From a virus: a DNA stretch of 64,000 nucleotides. Below, piece by piece: positions 1 to 8,770 of the stretch. The position numbers were made by a program, and so were the translations under genes. The notes beneath the pieces were generated by a model. It saw nothing but the letters and a program-made list of their open reading frames with translations. It made no database searches and was not told the DNA's origin. Each line of letters starts with the position of its first letter. Position 1 is the first letter of the stretch. Location: IMG/VR virus record IMGVR_UViG_3300029931_000011. One strand, written 5' to 3'.

Positions 1-218
1 TTCCAGAAGCCACGCTCGTCTCCGAACCGCTCCCCATACCGTGCACCGAGGTCGAACGACGCGGTCAGCGCCCCAGCCATGGCGAGGTTGCGGCCGAGGC
101 AGGCCATCGAATCCATGAACCGCACAGCGATGGCGCGAGCGTGGGTCGGGTACTGCCGCTCGTACTCATCAGGCACGAACATGAACGCCACATTCCACCA
201 GTTGACGAGACCGCTCAC
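1..218 (-). CDS. hypothetical protein, partial (3' part leaves window)
   Basis: Own translation from GTG 218 (1 nt after upstream stop 220-222) stays open to position 1: VSGLVNWWNVAFMFVPDEYERQYPTHARAIAVRFMDSMACLGRNLAMAGALTASFDLGARYGERFGDERGFW. It is not in the ORF track because it runs off the window. Confidence 0.5.
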   Translation of the reverse strand, partial: MSGLVNWWNVAFMFVPDEYERQYPTHARAIAVRFMDSMACLGRNLAMAGALTASFDLGARYGERFGDERGFW

Positions 219-219
219 G

Positions 220-960
220 TCACCCCTCCCCCGGCAGGCTCTCGGCCTTGCCCTCTGGTGGGGTGGCATCCCCTGGTCTCACCTCGATCACGGTGACGCC
301 CGCAGCACGGATCGCGTGCATCACGTGGCGCAGGCGCTCGCGCAGCCCACGCATGATGTCGGCATCGGCGTGGCCGAACCGAAGGCATGAGCATCCCATC
401 GGGACGAACGGGTGGCCGCTGTGGTAGCCGTGCCCCTCGCCACGCTCGCCGCACCCGCACGTGTCCGGGTCGATCTCCTTACCGCAGCCGTCGCAGAACG
501 ATGTCAGTTCCACCGCCATCACCCGGTCCCCTGCGGGTGGGGTGGCGGGCTCGCTGAGTCGGCGAAGCGTGTCGATGGCCAATCGGCAGTCGGCCACGGT
601 GACTTCGCAGCGCGCCCCGTGCGACGCGCGCGATACGATGCGCAAGGCCACGCGCAGGGCTCTTTGTTCCTCCTCGGTCAGCCCTACGGCGGGCTGCGCG
701 AGGAGGCGGTCGATAGTGTCGGTCACCCACGGCCAGTCGTGGTGCTGGTACACGCACTCGCGCGCGCGCAGCAGGTTGGCGCGGTCTTCGGCGGTCAGAC
801 CTACGGCGGGAGGTGGGGTGACCAGCATCCGACGGATCGCGGCCTCCTTCTCGCGGCAGTCGCGAGCAGTTGGATGGTCGCCGTCGCCGTCACGCTCGCA
901 AAGCAGCGCCCGGTTGATGAGGTCGTGACAGACCTCCACGATCAGGTCGCGGTCGCTCAT
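220..960 (-). CDS. hypothetical Cys/His-rich (zinc-binding-like) early protein
   Basis: ORF 220..1470 trimmed to ATG 960 (MSDRDLIVEV...), where the translation stops being Arg/Pro/Ser shadow. Cys/His cluster CDGCGKEIDPDTCGCGERGEGHGYHSGHPF. The start abuts the upstream stop at 962. Confidence 0.75.
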   Translation of the reverse strand: MSDRDLIVEVCHDLINRALLCERDGDGDHPTARDCREKEAAIRRMLVTPPPAVGLTAEDRANLLRARECVYQHHDWPWVTDTIDRLLAQPAVGLTEEEQRALRVALRIVSRASHGARCEVTVADCRLAIDTLRRLSEPATPPAGDRVMAVELTSFCDGCGKEIDPDTCGCGERGEGHGYHSGHPFVPMGCSCLRFGHADADIMRGLRERLRHVMHAIRAAGVTVIEVRPGDATPPEGKAESLPGEG

Positions 961-961
961 C

Positions 962-1474
962 TCATCCCTCCCCGCCCGTCGGGGTGCCCGAGCGGTATGC
1001 GTCCACGGCGCGGTCCGTTTCGCAGATGGCGTCTTCGTACTCGCTGAACGTGTAGCGGCTGCCGTCGCTGCGTTCGCGCTGCCGCTCTGCCGCTTCCACC
1101 ACCGCCCGCATCCGCTCACACCTCTCTGCCAGTGCGTCCCGCTCGTCCTTGACTGCTCGGCACTCGTCCGCCATCTCCCGGATGGAAGCGGCGGCCATGT
1201 CCAGTTCGGCGCGGGCGGCGTCGCGCTCGCGATGGACCTCGGCGAAGTCTCGCCCCCACTTCTCGGCGGCTGCTTTCGCCTCATCCCTCTCCCTGGCCAG
1301 GCGCTCGTTGTCGGCCCGGAGGCGGGCGATCTCGGCGGCGCTGCCGTCGTCGTCCTCGGAGGGGAGGGAGAGGATGCCGATGCGCGGAATTGACCGGGGC
1401 GCCTTGCCCATCGTCGCCTCGGCGTGCGCGAGGTACTCGGCTTCGAGGTCAGGCGGTAGCTTGTCGTCACTCAT
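962..1474 (-). CDS. hypothetical coiled-coil protein
   Basis: Full ORF of 170 aa. Glu/Arg/Ala-rich heptad-like sequence (ARLRADNERLARERDEAKAAAEKW...). Overlaps its neighbours by a few nt. Confidence 0.8.
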   Translation of the reverse strand: MSDDKLPPDLEAEYLAHAEATMGKAPRSIPRIGILSLPSEDDDGSAAEIARLRADNERLARERDEAKAAAEKWGRDFAEVHRERDAARAELDMAAASIREMADECRAVKDERDALAERCERMRAVVEAAERQRERSDGSRYTFSEYEDAICETDRAVDAYRSGTPTGGEG

Positions 1475-1793
1475 TGGCTTCCTCCTCTATCGTCATCACC
1501 AGCCGGGTTAGCTGGTCACGCAGCCAGCGAACCTCCACCGTCGTGAGCCAGCCCAGCCCGCGACGCTCCATCACGCGATTGGCCTTCGGGTCGGCGACCT
1601 TCTCCGGCAGAACGCGCTCCAGGGTTATCTGCGTCAGTTCGCCGGGCTCGCGGAAGATGTGCAGCCGCCATCCGGGGTCGGCCTTGGGGTCGGGGTCGGG
1701 TAACACGACGTCGAAAGCGCGGTCCGGCTCCTCCTCGTCGGGGGTGCCCGCGCCCATTGCGCAGTAGCGATCGTAGTCGTCGGACTCGCTCAC
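1467..1793 (-). CDS. hypothetical protein
   Basis: Full ORF of 108 aa with balanced composition. Has a 4-nt overlap with the upstream gene and an 8-nt overlap with the downstream gene. Confidence 0.75.
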   Translation of the reverse strand: MSESDDYDRYCAMGAGTPDEEEPDRAFDVVLPDPDPKADPGWRLHIFREPGELTQITLERVLPEKVADPKANRVMERRGLGWLTTVEVRWLRDQLTRLVMTIEEEANE

Positions 1794-2197
1794 TTCGACC
1801 CCTCACCATCCCTGGGAGCCTCTGGAGCGAGGAGCAGGCGGAGCCTGTCAGCCCGTTCGTTGCTCTCCCACTTGTCGCGGAAGTACGGCGTGGCGTAGCC
1901 CCACCCCTCCTCCGCAAGATCGATCGCCTCCCTCAGCCACGCCTCCAGCTCCTCGAGCCTGGAGAGCAGGGCGTCGGCCGAGTTGCGCAGGGCGACGATG
2001 CCGGCGGCGTCGGGGTCGCCAGTCGTGGGGCCATTCTCGACGGTGCCCATCGTGGCGATGTGCGGCTCCCAGTCGTCACCCTCGTCGTCGGTGGACTGGT
2101 AGATGCTGACGGTCGGCCACGGACCGCAAACCTTCCATGGCCCCGGGCTCATCTTCGCCAGCACCTCGCGCAGTCCCTTCAGGTCTAGGTCACCCAT
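1790..2197 (-). CDS. hypothetical protein
   Basis: Full ORF of 135 aa (MGDLDLKGLREVLAKMSPGPWKV...), coupled to neighbours by short overlaps. Confidence 0.75.
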   Translation of the reverse strand: MGDLDLKGLREVLAKMSPGPWKVCGPWPTVSIYQSTDDEGDDWEPHIATMGTVENGPTTGDPDAAGIVALRNSADALLSRLEELEAWLREAIDLAEEGWGYATPYFRDKWESNERADRLRLLLAPEAPRDGEGSK

Positions 2198-2924
2198 TGC
2201 TCTCCTCCTTGGCCTTGAGTGCGGCGATGCCCGCCATCACCAGGGCAATGCCCAGGTCGATGGCAGCCGCGGGGTCATCTGGCGCTGTCACCCCTTTCCA
2301 GTTGCGACCAGAGATGGCGGCCTCAAGCGTCTGAAGGGGGACACCGAGAACTCGGGCGAGGTAGCTCGTGGATGCGCCGTGTGACTTCATCAAGAGCGCG
2401 TCGCTGACGATCTTCTCGGTGAGCGTGTTGCGTCTCGTGTTTCGGCTTTGCTCGTCGCGCGTCGCCCACCGGCAGTTTCCCGGCTCGTAACCCTTGTCGT
2501 TGTCGATGCGGTCAAGGGAGTGCACCGGGGAGGGCTTCGGCCCCATGTCCGCCAGAAACGACTCAAAGGAACCGGACCACCGGTCACAGACCGCAATTCC
2601 GCGTCCCACATAGTTGTGCGCGCCCCTCCTCGTCGACCGTCCGCATCGATCCTTCATGTTCATCCACGCCTGGTACTCGCTCTTGTGCATGGACCGGAGA
2701 ACGCTCGCTTCCTTGCGAGCGCATCCGCAACTCGGGGCCCCGCCACCGCGCGCGACCTGACGTGGACTGGCATCGTCGCGCTCGACGGCCCTTCCGCAAT
2801 CGCACTGGAACATCCAGAACCACGAGTGGCCGACCTTGCGTGTCCGCTCCCTCGCCACTAGTCGCCCGTATCTCGTACCCGGAGACGTGGGCGCCAGCAC
2901 CGGCTCGTCGCTACGCCGCGTCAT
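2190..2924 (-). CDS. HNH-like (His-Me finger-like) protein with C-terminal HTH, paralog 1 of 4
   Basis: ORF trimmed to ATG 2924, preceded by GGAGG. Motifs: CDCG...CGC zinc ribbon, YVGRGIAVCDRW, HSLDRIDNDKGYEPGNCRWAT, and HTH-like SYLARVLGVPLQTLEAAISG. Paralogs are at 13956, 26239 and 59604. Confidence 0.85.
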   Translation of the reverse strand: MTRRSDEPVLAPTSPGTRYGRLVARERTRKVGHSWFWMFQCDCGRAVERDDASPRQVARGGGAPSCGCARKEASVLRSMHKSEYQAWMNMKDRCGRSTRRGAHNYVGRGIAVCDRWSGSFESFLADMGPKPSPVHSLDRIDNDKGYEPGNCRWATRDEQSRNTRRNTLTEKIVSDALLMKSHGASTSYLARVLGVPLQTLEAAISGRNWKGVTAPDDPAAAIDLGIALVMAGIAALKAKEESNG

Positions 2925-3146
2925 CGCTTGCCTCCATCTCGGGTCTCGGTCTGCATCGCGTCTCCCTCGGTTGCTCTCGTGGTGAGCCGACGACGTGTCA
3001 CCGTCGCCGGCCCGGGCCGCCACGCTCGACATGGGCGGCCTTGTCGCCGTGCCTACGTTGAGGCGCGCGCACCGCGCTGCGGTACTGACGAGTCGGGACC
3101 GAGCCCGACCTCCTCGATTTGGTTCGAGTCGTCCATGGTGGTCACC

Positions 3147-3800
3147 TCAGAAGCGACGAAGCGCGCGAGCGATCGGCGACGGCTCGTGCGCGAGATCGGC
3201 GGTCGCGAACGGGATGTCGTCGTCGGGCCCGCCCCCGCCGTAGCTCGAGCCGGGCGCGTTCGGGTGCGCGTCGCGGCGCGGCGGCGGCGCGGTGCGGTTG
3301 GGCGGCGGCGCCGCCGACCGCTGCTGCTGGCCGCCTCCGTTGCCGCCGATCTTGCTCTTCATCTTGCGCGCGAAGTCGAGCACCTCAGCATCCGTCATCG
3401 CATTGCCCTTGAGGTCGACCTTCACCGCCCCGATGCGATTCACCCACTTCACCTTCGACCGCCACTTGCCGTCGTTGCCGAGCTTGAACTCGCGCACGAG
3501 CGACACCTCGCTGGCGCACGCACCGCCGTCGACGATCGCGGGGAGCTCGGAGAGGTCGTCTCCGGTCCACCCGCACGTGCGGAGACCGTCGATCGTGTAC
3601 TCGTAGAACGAACGGCCCTTGCTGCTGACGTCGTCCGAGAGCGAGGCGAACCACGTCTCGTACTTGCCGGCGTCCTCGCCGTCGAGGATCTTGAAGCGGC
3701 CGACGAGCTGCGGACGACGCACGCCCTCGTACTCGTCCCAGCCGAACTGGACGCCGCGCAGAACGCCGCGGCAGCGGATCTCGTAGGTGTCATTGCTCAT
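3147..3800 (-). CDS. SSB-like single-strand DNA-binding protein (recombination module)
   Basis: Trimmed to ATG 3800 (ATGA overlap with upstream stop 3797). A Gly/Pro-rich linker is followed by DDDIPF, the acidic tip motif of bacterial SSB, here followed by 24 more residues. Adjacent to the Sak4-like ATPase and the exonuclease. Confidence 0.75.
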   Translation of the reverse strand: MSNDTYEIRCRGVLRGVQFGWDEYEGVRRPQLVGRFKILDGEDAGKYETWFASLSDDVSSKGRSFYEYTIDGLRTCGWTGDDLSELPAIVDGGACASEVSLVREFKLGNDGKWRSKVKWVNRIGAVKVDLKGNAMTDAEVLDFARKMKSKIGGNGGGQQQRSAAPPPNRTAPPPRRDAHPNAPGSSYGGGGPDDDIPFATADLAHEPSPIARALRRF

Positions 3801-4966
3801 GGCGCGGTCTCCTCGGTGCTGGTCTCGGTCTCGGGGTTGCTGGTGTCGGTGTTGTTCGCGGTGGTCTCGATCGGCGTCGACTGCTGGAGGCCGACGAGGT
3901 AGCGGTGCAGCGCGCTGGTGTCGTCGCCGGCGCGGGCCACGGCCTTGCGCATGGCCTCGACGTGGACCGGGCGCTCGTCGGCGGACATGAACAGCGTGCC
4001 GAGCCGGTCGAGCTCGGCCTCGATGCTCTTGCGCAGGCCGTCGGGGCTCATCGAGTAGAGCGCCTCGAGTGCGTCTGCGAACGGTGCCCACTGCGCCTCG
4101 CTGGCCAGATCGATCTCCGACGGCATCGGCAGCGAGCACTTCGCCGCCCAGGTCGTCTTGCGCTGGAGGTGGATGATGCGGTTGCCCGAAACGCCGATCG
4201 CCTTACGGCCGATCTTCCGCACCGAGTCGTCGTAGGTGATGAACCCCACGACGTCGCACTTCTCGAGGAGCACGCCGGCGGCCTTCTCGTCGAGGCGCGG
4301 GCGGAAGATGTCGAAATCCTCGGCGAGCACCGACTTGTACTTGGCCACCACGGCGTGACCGAGGAGGATGACGTGCATCCCGGCCTTGAACCGGACGTCG
4401 TCGAGGCGCCGCACGAGGACGCGCCACATCTGGACGGCGATCTTCTGGCCGCTCGAGTAGCCGAAGTCCTCGATGTTCTCGATCTCCTTCCCCTCCTTGT
4501 TGCGGTGCCCGCGGGCCCGAGCGTCCTCGACGATGCGGTCGAAGATGAGCTGCTCGAGCGCGGCCACGCCGTCGAGCACGACGGTCTTGTAGCCGTACTG
4601 CTTCGCGTTCACGACGAGGTCGTCGAGCGCGTCTTCGACCTCGGTGAGCGTGCGCGCCACCGTGCCCTCGTCGCCCTCGGCGGGGCGGAACGGGTAGCGA
4701 GTCACGTGGAGATGGCGGGTGCGGCCCTCGATGTCGAGGAAGATCGGAGACGGCGCGTCGGCAGCGAGGCTCGACTTGCCGATGCCCTCGTCGCCGTAGA
4801 ACCAGAACAGCTTCGGATCGCGTCGGGCGCCGGCCACGACGGCGCCGAGCTTGGACGCCTTCACGGGTGCCGGGGCCGCCGGCTTGGCGGTCTGCGTCGT
4901 GCCGGACGCAGGGCGGGCGCCGTTGGCGGGCGCGGGACGAGGGACGGGTGCGGTGTTGGTCGCCAT
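3797..4966 (-). CDS. Sak4-like RecA-fold ATPase (AAA_24-type)
   Basis: Trimmed to ATG 4966 (GGAGG upstream). Walker A GDEGIGKS and Walker B-like KTVVLDG. Family resemblance is from memory only. Confidence 0.8.
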   Translation of the reverse strand: MATNTAPVPRPAPANGARPASGTTQTAKPAAPAPVKASKLGAVVAGARRDPKLFWFYGDEGIGKSSLAADAPSPIFLDIEGRTRHLHVTRYPFRPAEGDEGTVARTLTEVEDALDDLVVNAKQYGYKTVVLDGVAALEQLIFDRIVEDARARGHRNKEGKEIENIEDFGYSSGQKIAVQMWRVLVRRLDDVRFKAGMHVILLGHAVVAKYKSVLAEDFDIFRPRLDEKAAGVLLEKCDVVGFITYDDSVRKIGRKAIGVSGNRIIHLQRKTTWAAKCSLPMPSEIDLASEAQWAPFADALEALYSMSPDGLRKSIEAELDRLGTLFMSADERPVHVEAMRKAVARAGDDTSALHRYLVGLQQSTPIETTANNTDTSNPETETSTEETAP

Positions 4967-4989
4967 GCGATCGCTCCTCCTTCGAGCGG

Positions 4990-6027
4990 TCAGGGCTGCG
5001 CCGTGCGGCGCGGAAATCGCGTCTCGTCGGTTATGTCCGCCGAGCCGGTGCACAGGGGGATGAAGGCGCACGCGGCGCCGAACGAACGGCAGGCGTGCGT
5101 GTTGCCGCGGGGCCACATGTCGAGCACCTCGCACATGCGGGCCAGGCGGATCGTTTCGAGCAGATCGCTCCGCATCTTGGGGAGCTCGTCGTCGGTGCGC
5201 ACGATCGTCGCGCGCTGGTAGAACTTCTCCGGCGCGGATGCGATGGCGGCGCGCACGCGAGCGTCGAACGCCTCGGGGCTCTCGTCCTCGGCGCGCTGGT
5301 CCTCGTGGAGTCGCGGCTCCTCGAACCAGCCCGTCTGGTTGCAGGTCGCGCAGCCCTCGCCGCGCTTGATGCCACCCTTGCCGCCGTGCGTGCCGCCGCA
5401 GAGCTTGCAGCCCTTGCCCTTCGTGTACTTGCGATTCTCCTCGGGCGTGGCGAGGAGCCGGTCGTGCTTGGGCTTGCCGATCGCGTCGTAGATAACGCCG
5501 GCGATCTCGTAGCCGAGCATCGCGGCCCCGTCGACGTAGATCGAGACCTGTCGATCGATGGTGAGCATGTCCCAGTAGCCGGTCCCGGGCGCGATGTCGC
5601 TCACCGTGTTCTTGTGCTCGATGACGTAGATGCGGCCATCGGTCTCGTCCTGGATGATCCCGTCGATCACGCCCATGAGGACGTGGCCGCCGAGCTCGTA
5701 GCGGAAGCCGATCTCGGCGGCGAGCACGCGCCACGCGACGCCGCCCCAGCGCAGCTCGTAGCCGTCGATCACGGCGTGCGCCTTGATGGCGTCGACGGGC
5801 GACAGGTTCGCTTCGATGATGCGCGCGTGCGCGATCGCGAGCCGCGCTTCGGGGCCCTGGTCGTGGGCGAGCAGCCACGCCTCGAGCCCGGCGTGTACGC
5901 CCTTGCCGTACGCCTGCGCGTCGGTACCGGGCTCGATGAGCCGGTCGACGTACTTGTACTTGTACTTGCGCAAGCACGTGTGCAGCGTCGCAAGGCGCGA
6001 CGAGCTGTACTCGGTGAGGTCCTGCAT
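4990..6027 (-). CDS. PD-(D/E)XK exonuclease, Cas4/RecB-like with Fe-S-type Cys set
   Basis: Full ORF with AGGAG upstream. Motifs: GVIDGII..D, YVIEHK (ExK) and QVSIYVDG (QxxxY). One N-terminal Cys plus CRSFGAACAFIPLC. Carries an inserted CKLCGG...CATC zinc ribbon. Confidence 0.85.
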   Translation of the reverse strand: MQDLTEYSSSRLATLHTCLRKYKYKYVDRLIEPGTDAQAYGKGVHAGLEAWLLAHDQGPEARLAIAHARIIEANLSPVDAIKAHAVIDGYELRWGGVAWRVLAAEIGFRYELGGHVLMGVIDGIIQDETDGRIYVIEHKNTVSDIAPGTGYWDMLTIDRQVSIYVDGAAMLGYEIAGVIYDAIGKPKHDRLLATPEENRKYTKGKGCKLCGGTHGGKGGIKRGEGCATCNQTGWFEEPRLHEDQRAEDESPEAFDARVRAAIASAPEKFYQRATIVRTDDELPKMRSDLLETIRLARMCEVLDMWPRGNTHACRSFGAACAFIPLCTGSADITDETRFPRRTAQP

Positions 6028-6063
6028 GGAGTCTCCTGCGCACCCTCGGGCGCGCGGCTGGGG

Positions 6064-6270
6064 TCAGTGGGTGGCGAACGGCTCGCTCGTGAGCAGCTGG
6101 GCGGCCGCGTCGCTGGACAGGGTCAGGCACAGGTCCACGCGGTAGCCCTGCTCCGTGCTCGCCACGGCGAGCGTGCCGACGATCGGCGCCTGCGACTTGG
6201 CGAGGAGGGCGTCGAGCTCGCGCTGGAACGAGCGGATGAGGAGCGCGACGGTGTGGGCATTGCCGGTCAC
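6064..6270 (-). CDS. hypothetical small protein
   Basis: GTG 6270 forms a GTGA overlap with upstream stop 6267-6269. Translation: VTGNAHTVALLIRSFQRELDALLAKSQAPIVGTLAVASTEQGYRVDLCLTLSSDAAAQLLTSEPFATH. Confidence 0.5.
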   Translation of the reverse strand: MTGNAHTVALLIRSFQRELDALLAKSQAPIVGTLAVASTEQGYRVDLCLTLSSDAAAQLLTSEPFATH

Positions 6271-6629
6271 GGCAACCGCCTGGCAGCGGCCAGCCCGCGC
6301 TCCAGCTTGGCGATGCGCACGGCCTGCGCGAGCGGCACGGTCCCGGCGACACCCACGAGGAGCCGCGCCTGCATCCGGGCGTCGCCGAGGCGGCGCTCGT
6401 AGTGGGCGACGAGGACCTCGCGCATCTCGCGCCTGGTCTCGGGATCGAGGTCGCGCCACTCGGTGTGGCCGGCGCACGCGGCGAGGTCGCGGCCGAGATC
6501 GGCGGTGGCGCGGCGGATGACGGCGGGCGTCTCGAGGTCCTCCGGCGTCAGCGCCGACGTCTCGCGGGCGAAACGCGGGCGCTCGATGGCGCCGAAGGGC
6601 GGGGCGAGGGCTTCGCTGCGGGCGCGCAT
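6267..6629 (-). CDS. hypothetical protein
   Basis: ORF 6267..6674 trimmed to ATG 6629 (ATGA overlap with the upstream stop). Translation starts MRARSEALAPPFGAIERPRFARETSALTPEDLE... Confidence 0.7.
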   Translation of the reverse strand: MRARSEALAPPFGAIERPRFARETSALTPEDLETPAVIRRATADLGRDLAACAGHTEWRDLDPETRREMREVLVAHYERRLGDARMQARLLVGVAGTVPLAQAVRIAKLERGLAAARRLP

Positions 6630-6835
6630 CACGCAGCCGCCTTGATCGTCGAGACGCCCTTGCCGCGGAGCCACTCTCGCGCGGCCTGCACGAGCATCTC
6701 GCGTGACGGCGGCATCAGGCTCGCCTCGGCGTTCGGCGTCAGCGCCAGCGAGCGCGCGTACGAGCGCAGCGGGGTCTTCGGGCAGTCGCGGCGGTGCGCC
6801 GACTTGAGGCGCTTGCGCGGGCGGAACTTCTCCAT
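6629..6835 (-). CDS. hypothetical small basic protein
   Basis: ORF 6629..7075 trimmed to ATG 6835. Translation: MEKFRPRKRLKSAHRRDCPKTPLRSYARSLALTPNAEASLMPPSREMLVQAAREWLRGKGVSTIKAAA. Confidence 0.6.
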   Translation of the reverse strand: MEKFRPRKRLKSAHRRDCPKTPLRSYARSLALTPNAEASLMPPSREMLVQAAREWLRGKGVSTIKAAA

Positions 6836-6837
6836 GG

Positions 6838-7692
6838 TCAGGCCCCCTCCGTCGAAGCCGTCTGCTCGGCCGCGCACCTCTCGATGTCCTCCATCGCGCG
6901 CTCGTCGGTGGCGAAGAAGTGCGGCACGCGACCGGTGCTCGCGCGGTAGATCATCGCGCCCGCTTGCTGCGATCCGCACTCGCGCTCCAGCGCGGCGCCG
7001 GCCGGGCCGGCGAAGTGGATCGCCCAGCCAGCGCGGCAGTGCGTCGTACCGCACACGCCGCCCGAACCGTGCCACTGCGACATGTCGAGCACGCCGCCCT
7101 TGACGGTGACGGCGTCGAGGATACGAGCGTCGAGATTCTCGACGACGGGAACGTTCGGGTGGCGCTCACGGTACCGCCGCGCACGCTCGGCGAGCACTTC
7201 GCGCGTCGGCTCCTGGCGCACGTACGGCTCGGGCGGATCCGTCTTGTCGACGCCGCCTGGCAAGTTGATCGCGTCCGCGAGGTTGGCGTCCGCGAGGTTG
7301 GCGCCCGCGAGGTTGGCGCCCGCGAGGTCGGCGCGCGCGAGGTTGGCGTCCGCGAGGTCGGCGCCCGCGAGGTTGGCGCGCGCGAGGTTGGCGCCCGCGA
7401 GGTCGGCGCGCGCGAGGTTGGCGTCCGCGAGGTCGGCGCCCGCGAGGTTGGCGCCCGCGAGGTCGGCGCGCGCGAGGTTGGCGCCCGCGAGGTCGGCGCC
7501 CGCGAGGTTGGCGCCCGCGAGGTCGGCGCCCGCGAGGTCGGCGCCCGCGAGGTTGGCGCGCGATCCATCACCCTCGCCGTAGCGCCACGCTCGGTGCCTG
7601 GCTAGCACCTCGCTCAGCGCCTCGGCGAGTGAGGTGGCCGTATCGCTAGTGTAGAGCGCGACGTTCGTGAATCGGTTGCGGATGACGTACAT
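6838..7692 (-). CDS. pentapeptide-repeat protein with C-terminal Cys-containing domain
   Basis: Trimmed to ATG 7692 (MYVIRNRF). About 20 tandem A(D/N)LxG/A pentapeptides (ANLAGADLAGADLAGANLAGADL...). C-terminal domain contains CGTTHCRAGWAIHF. Confidence 0.9.
   Translation of the reverse strand: MYVIRNRFTNVALYTSDTATSLAEALSEVLARHRAWRYGEGDGSRANLAGADLAGADLAGANLAGADLAGANLARADLAGANLAGADLADANLARADLAGANLARANLAGADLADANLARADLAGANLAGANLADANLADAINLPGGVDKTDPPEPYVRQEPTREVLAERARRYRERHPNVPVVENLDARILDAVTVKGGVLDMSQWHGSGGVCGTTHCRAGWAIHFAGPAGAALERECGSQQAGAMIYRASTGRVPHFFATDERAMEDIERCAAEQTASTEGA
7271..7560. repeat. 15-bp tandem DNA repeat (cgcgaggtYggcgYc) encoding the pentapeptide repeats
   Basis: About 19 near-identical 15-bp units are visible directly in lines 7261-7560. 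They lie entirely inside CDS 6838..7692. Confidence 0.9.
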
Positions 7693-7694
7693 GA

Positions 7695-8237
7695 CTAGGC
7701 TGCCCCCTTCGGCGGAATCGGTCGGTCGTCGGCGCGCATCTCGTCGGCGATCTCGCCCAGGACGTTGCGCGCGTCGTTCACGTTGATCGATCGCTGGATG
7801 TGGTCGGCGAGCGCCTCGGGCGTCTCGCAGGTCGAGGCGGCTGCGGCGCGCTTGGCGTCGCGGGCGGCCATCGACTCGGCGATGTGGCGCCGCTGGCGAG
7901 CGAGTCGCGTGTCCAGCGGGATGACGTCGGCGCCGGCGGCCGTGACGCACGGGCACCTCGCCCCCGCCTCACCGTCCCCGACCGACCGCTGCCGCGTGTA
8001 CGGCCGCCCGTTGTCGTGCCACGTGATGAGCCCACGGTCCTCGAGCGCCGCCCACGTCTCGAACACCGTGAGCACGCCGAGGTTGCAGCCGGCGGGGTCG
8101 TAGATGGCACCATCGACACGACGCCAGCCGAGGCGGGTGAGCACGTCGGGGAGGAGGTCGACGCTGGCGTTGACGGCGAGCGGGATCGTGGGGACGCCGC
8201 GGGGCGGCGCCGTCTTGCGCGTGCGGGTGCGGGTCAC
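7695..8237 (-). CDS. hypothetical protein
   Basis: ORF 7695..8369 trimmed to GTG 8237 (GTGA overlap with upstream stop 8234). The protein-like part starts VTRTRTRKTAPPRGVPTIPLAVNASVDLLPDVLTRLGW... Confidence 0.65.
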   Translation of the reverse strand: MTRTRTRKTAPPRGVPTIPLAVNASVDLLPDVLTRLGWRRVDGAIYDPAGCNLGVLTVFETWAALEDRGLITWHDNGRPYTRQRSVGDGEAGARCPCVTAAGADVIPLDTRLARQRRHIAESMAARDAKRAAAASTCETPEALADHIQRSINVNDARNVLGEIADEMRADDRPIPPKGAA

Positions 8238-8770
8238 GACGCCTTCGCCTCGCGCTCGACGACCGCATCCGGCAGCCGCGTGATCCGTCGCTGGTAGTGG
8301 TCGCGGTCGTGGACCGTCTCGCTCTCGCCGACCTCCAGGCCGCTCACGTCGTCGTACCCGATCCCCCACCGAGCGCCGTCGCCGCGGAGGAACTGGCCGA
8401 GCGTCGTTTCGTACGTCTCGATCGACTCGTTCGCCTTGGGGTCGCCGGTCATGAGGGCGACCTCGATGCGAACGGCCAGATCGCGATCGATCTCGTCAGC
8501 CCTGCGCTCGTACCGCTCGATGTCGGCGCGGTCATCGTCCTTGAGCCGCTCGATCACCTCGGCGTCGGGCTGCGTGATGCACGCCAGCGCGCGATCGACG
8601 TGCGCACGGAGGTCGGACTCGCTCACCGCGTACCTGGACGAGCGGAGGATCTCGGTGGTGCCGCCGATACGGCGCGACATCACGAGCGACGACGGGTACT
8701 GGCCCGACGCCACGCGGTCGCGCAGGCGCGCCGCCATGCGGCGGTAGGTGTCGGCGTCGATCGCCGCCAT
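8234..8770 (-). CDS. hypothetical protein
   Basis: ORF 8234..8809 trimmed to ATG 8770 (ATGA overlap). Translation starts MAAIDADTYRRMAARLRDRVASGQYPSS... Confidence 0.75.
   Translation of the reverse strand: MAAIDADTYRRMAARLRDRVASGQYPSSLVMSRRIGGTTEILRSSRYAVSESDLRAHVDRALACITQPDAEVIERLKDDDRADIERYERRADEIDRDLAVRIEVALMTGDPKANESIETYETTLGQFLRGDGARWGIGYDDVSGLEVGESETVHDRDHYQRRITRLPDAVVEREAKAS

Noticed and set aside
3053-3136. 27-codon ORF (MDDSNQIEEVGLGPDSSVPQRGARAST) with a GAGGTGA upstream, in the gap between the SSB-like gene and HNH-like paralog 1
   Set aside because: It is too short to support without conservation or expression data. It is kept only as a note.
7271-7560. Tandem 15-bp repeats as a possible CRISPR array or non-coding VNTR
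   Set aside because: There are no spacers. The units are contiguous, in frame, and encode the pentapeptide-repeat domain of CDS 6838..7692.
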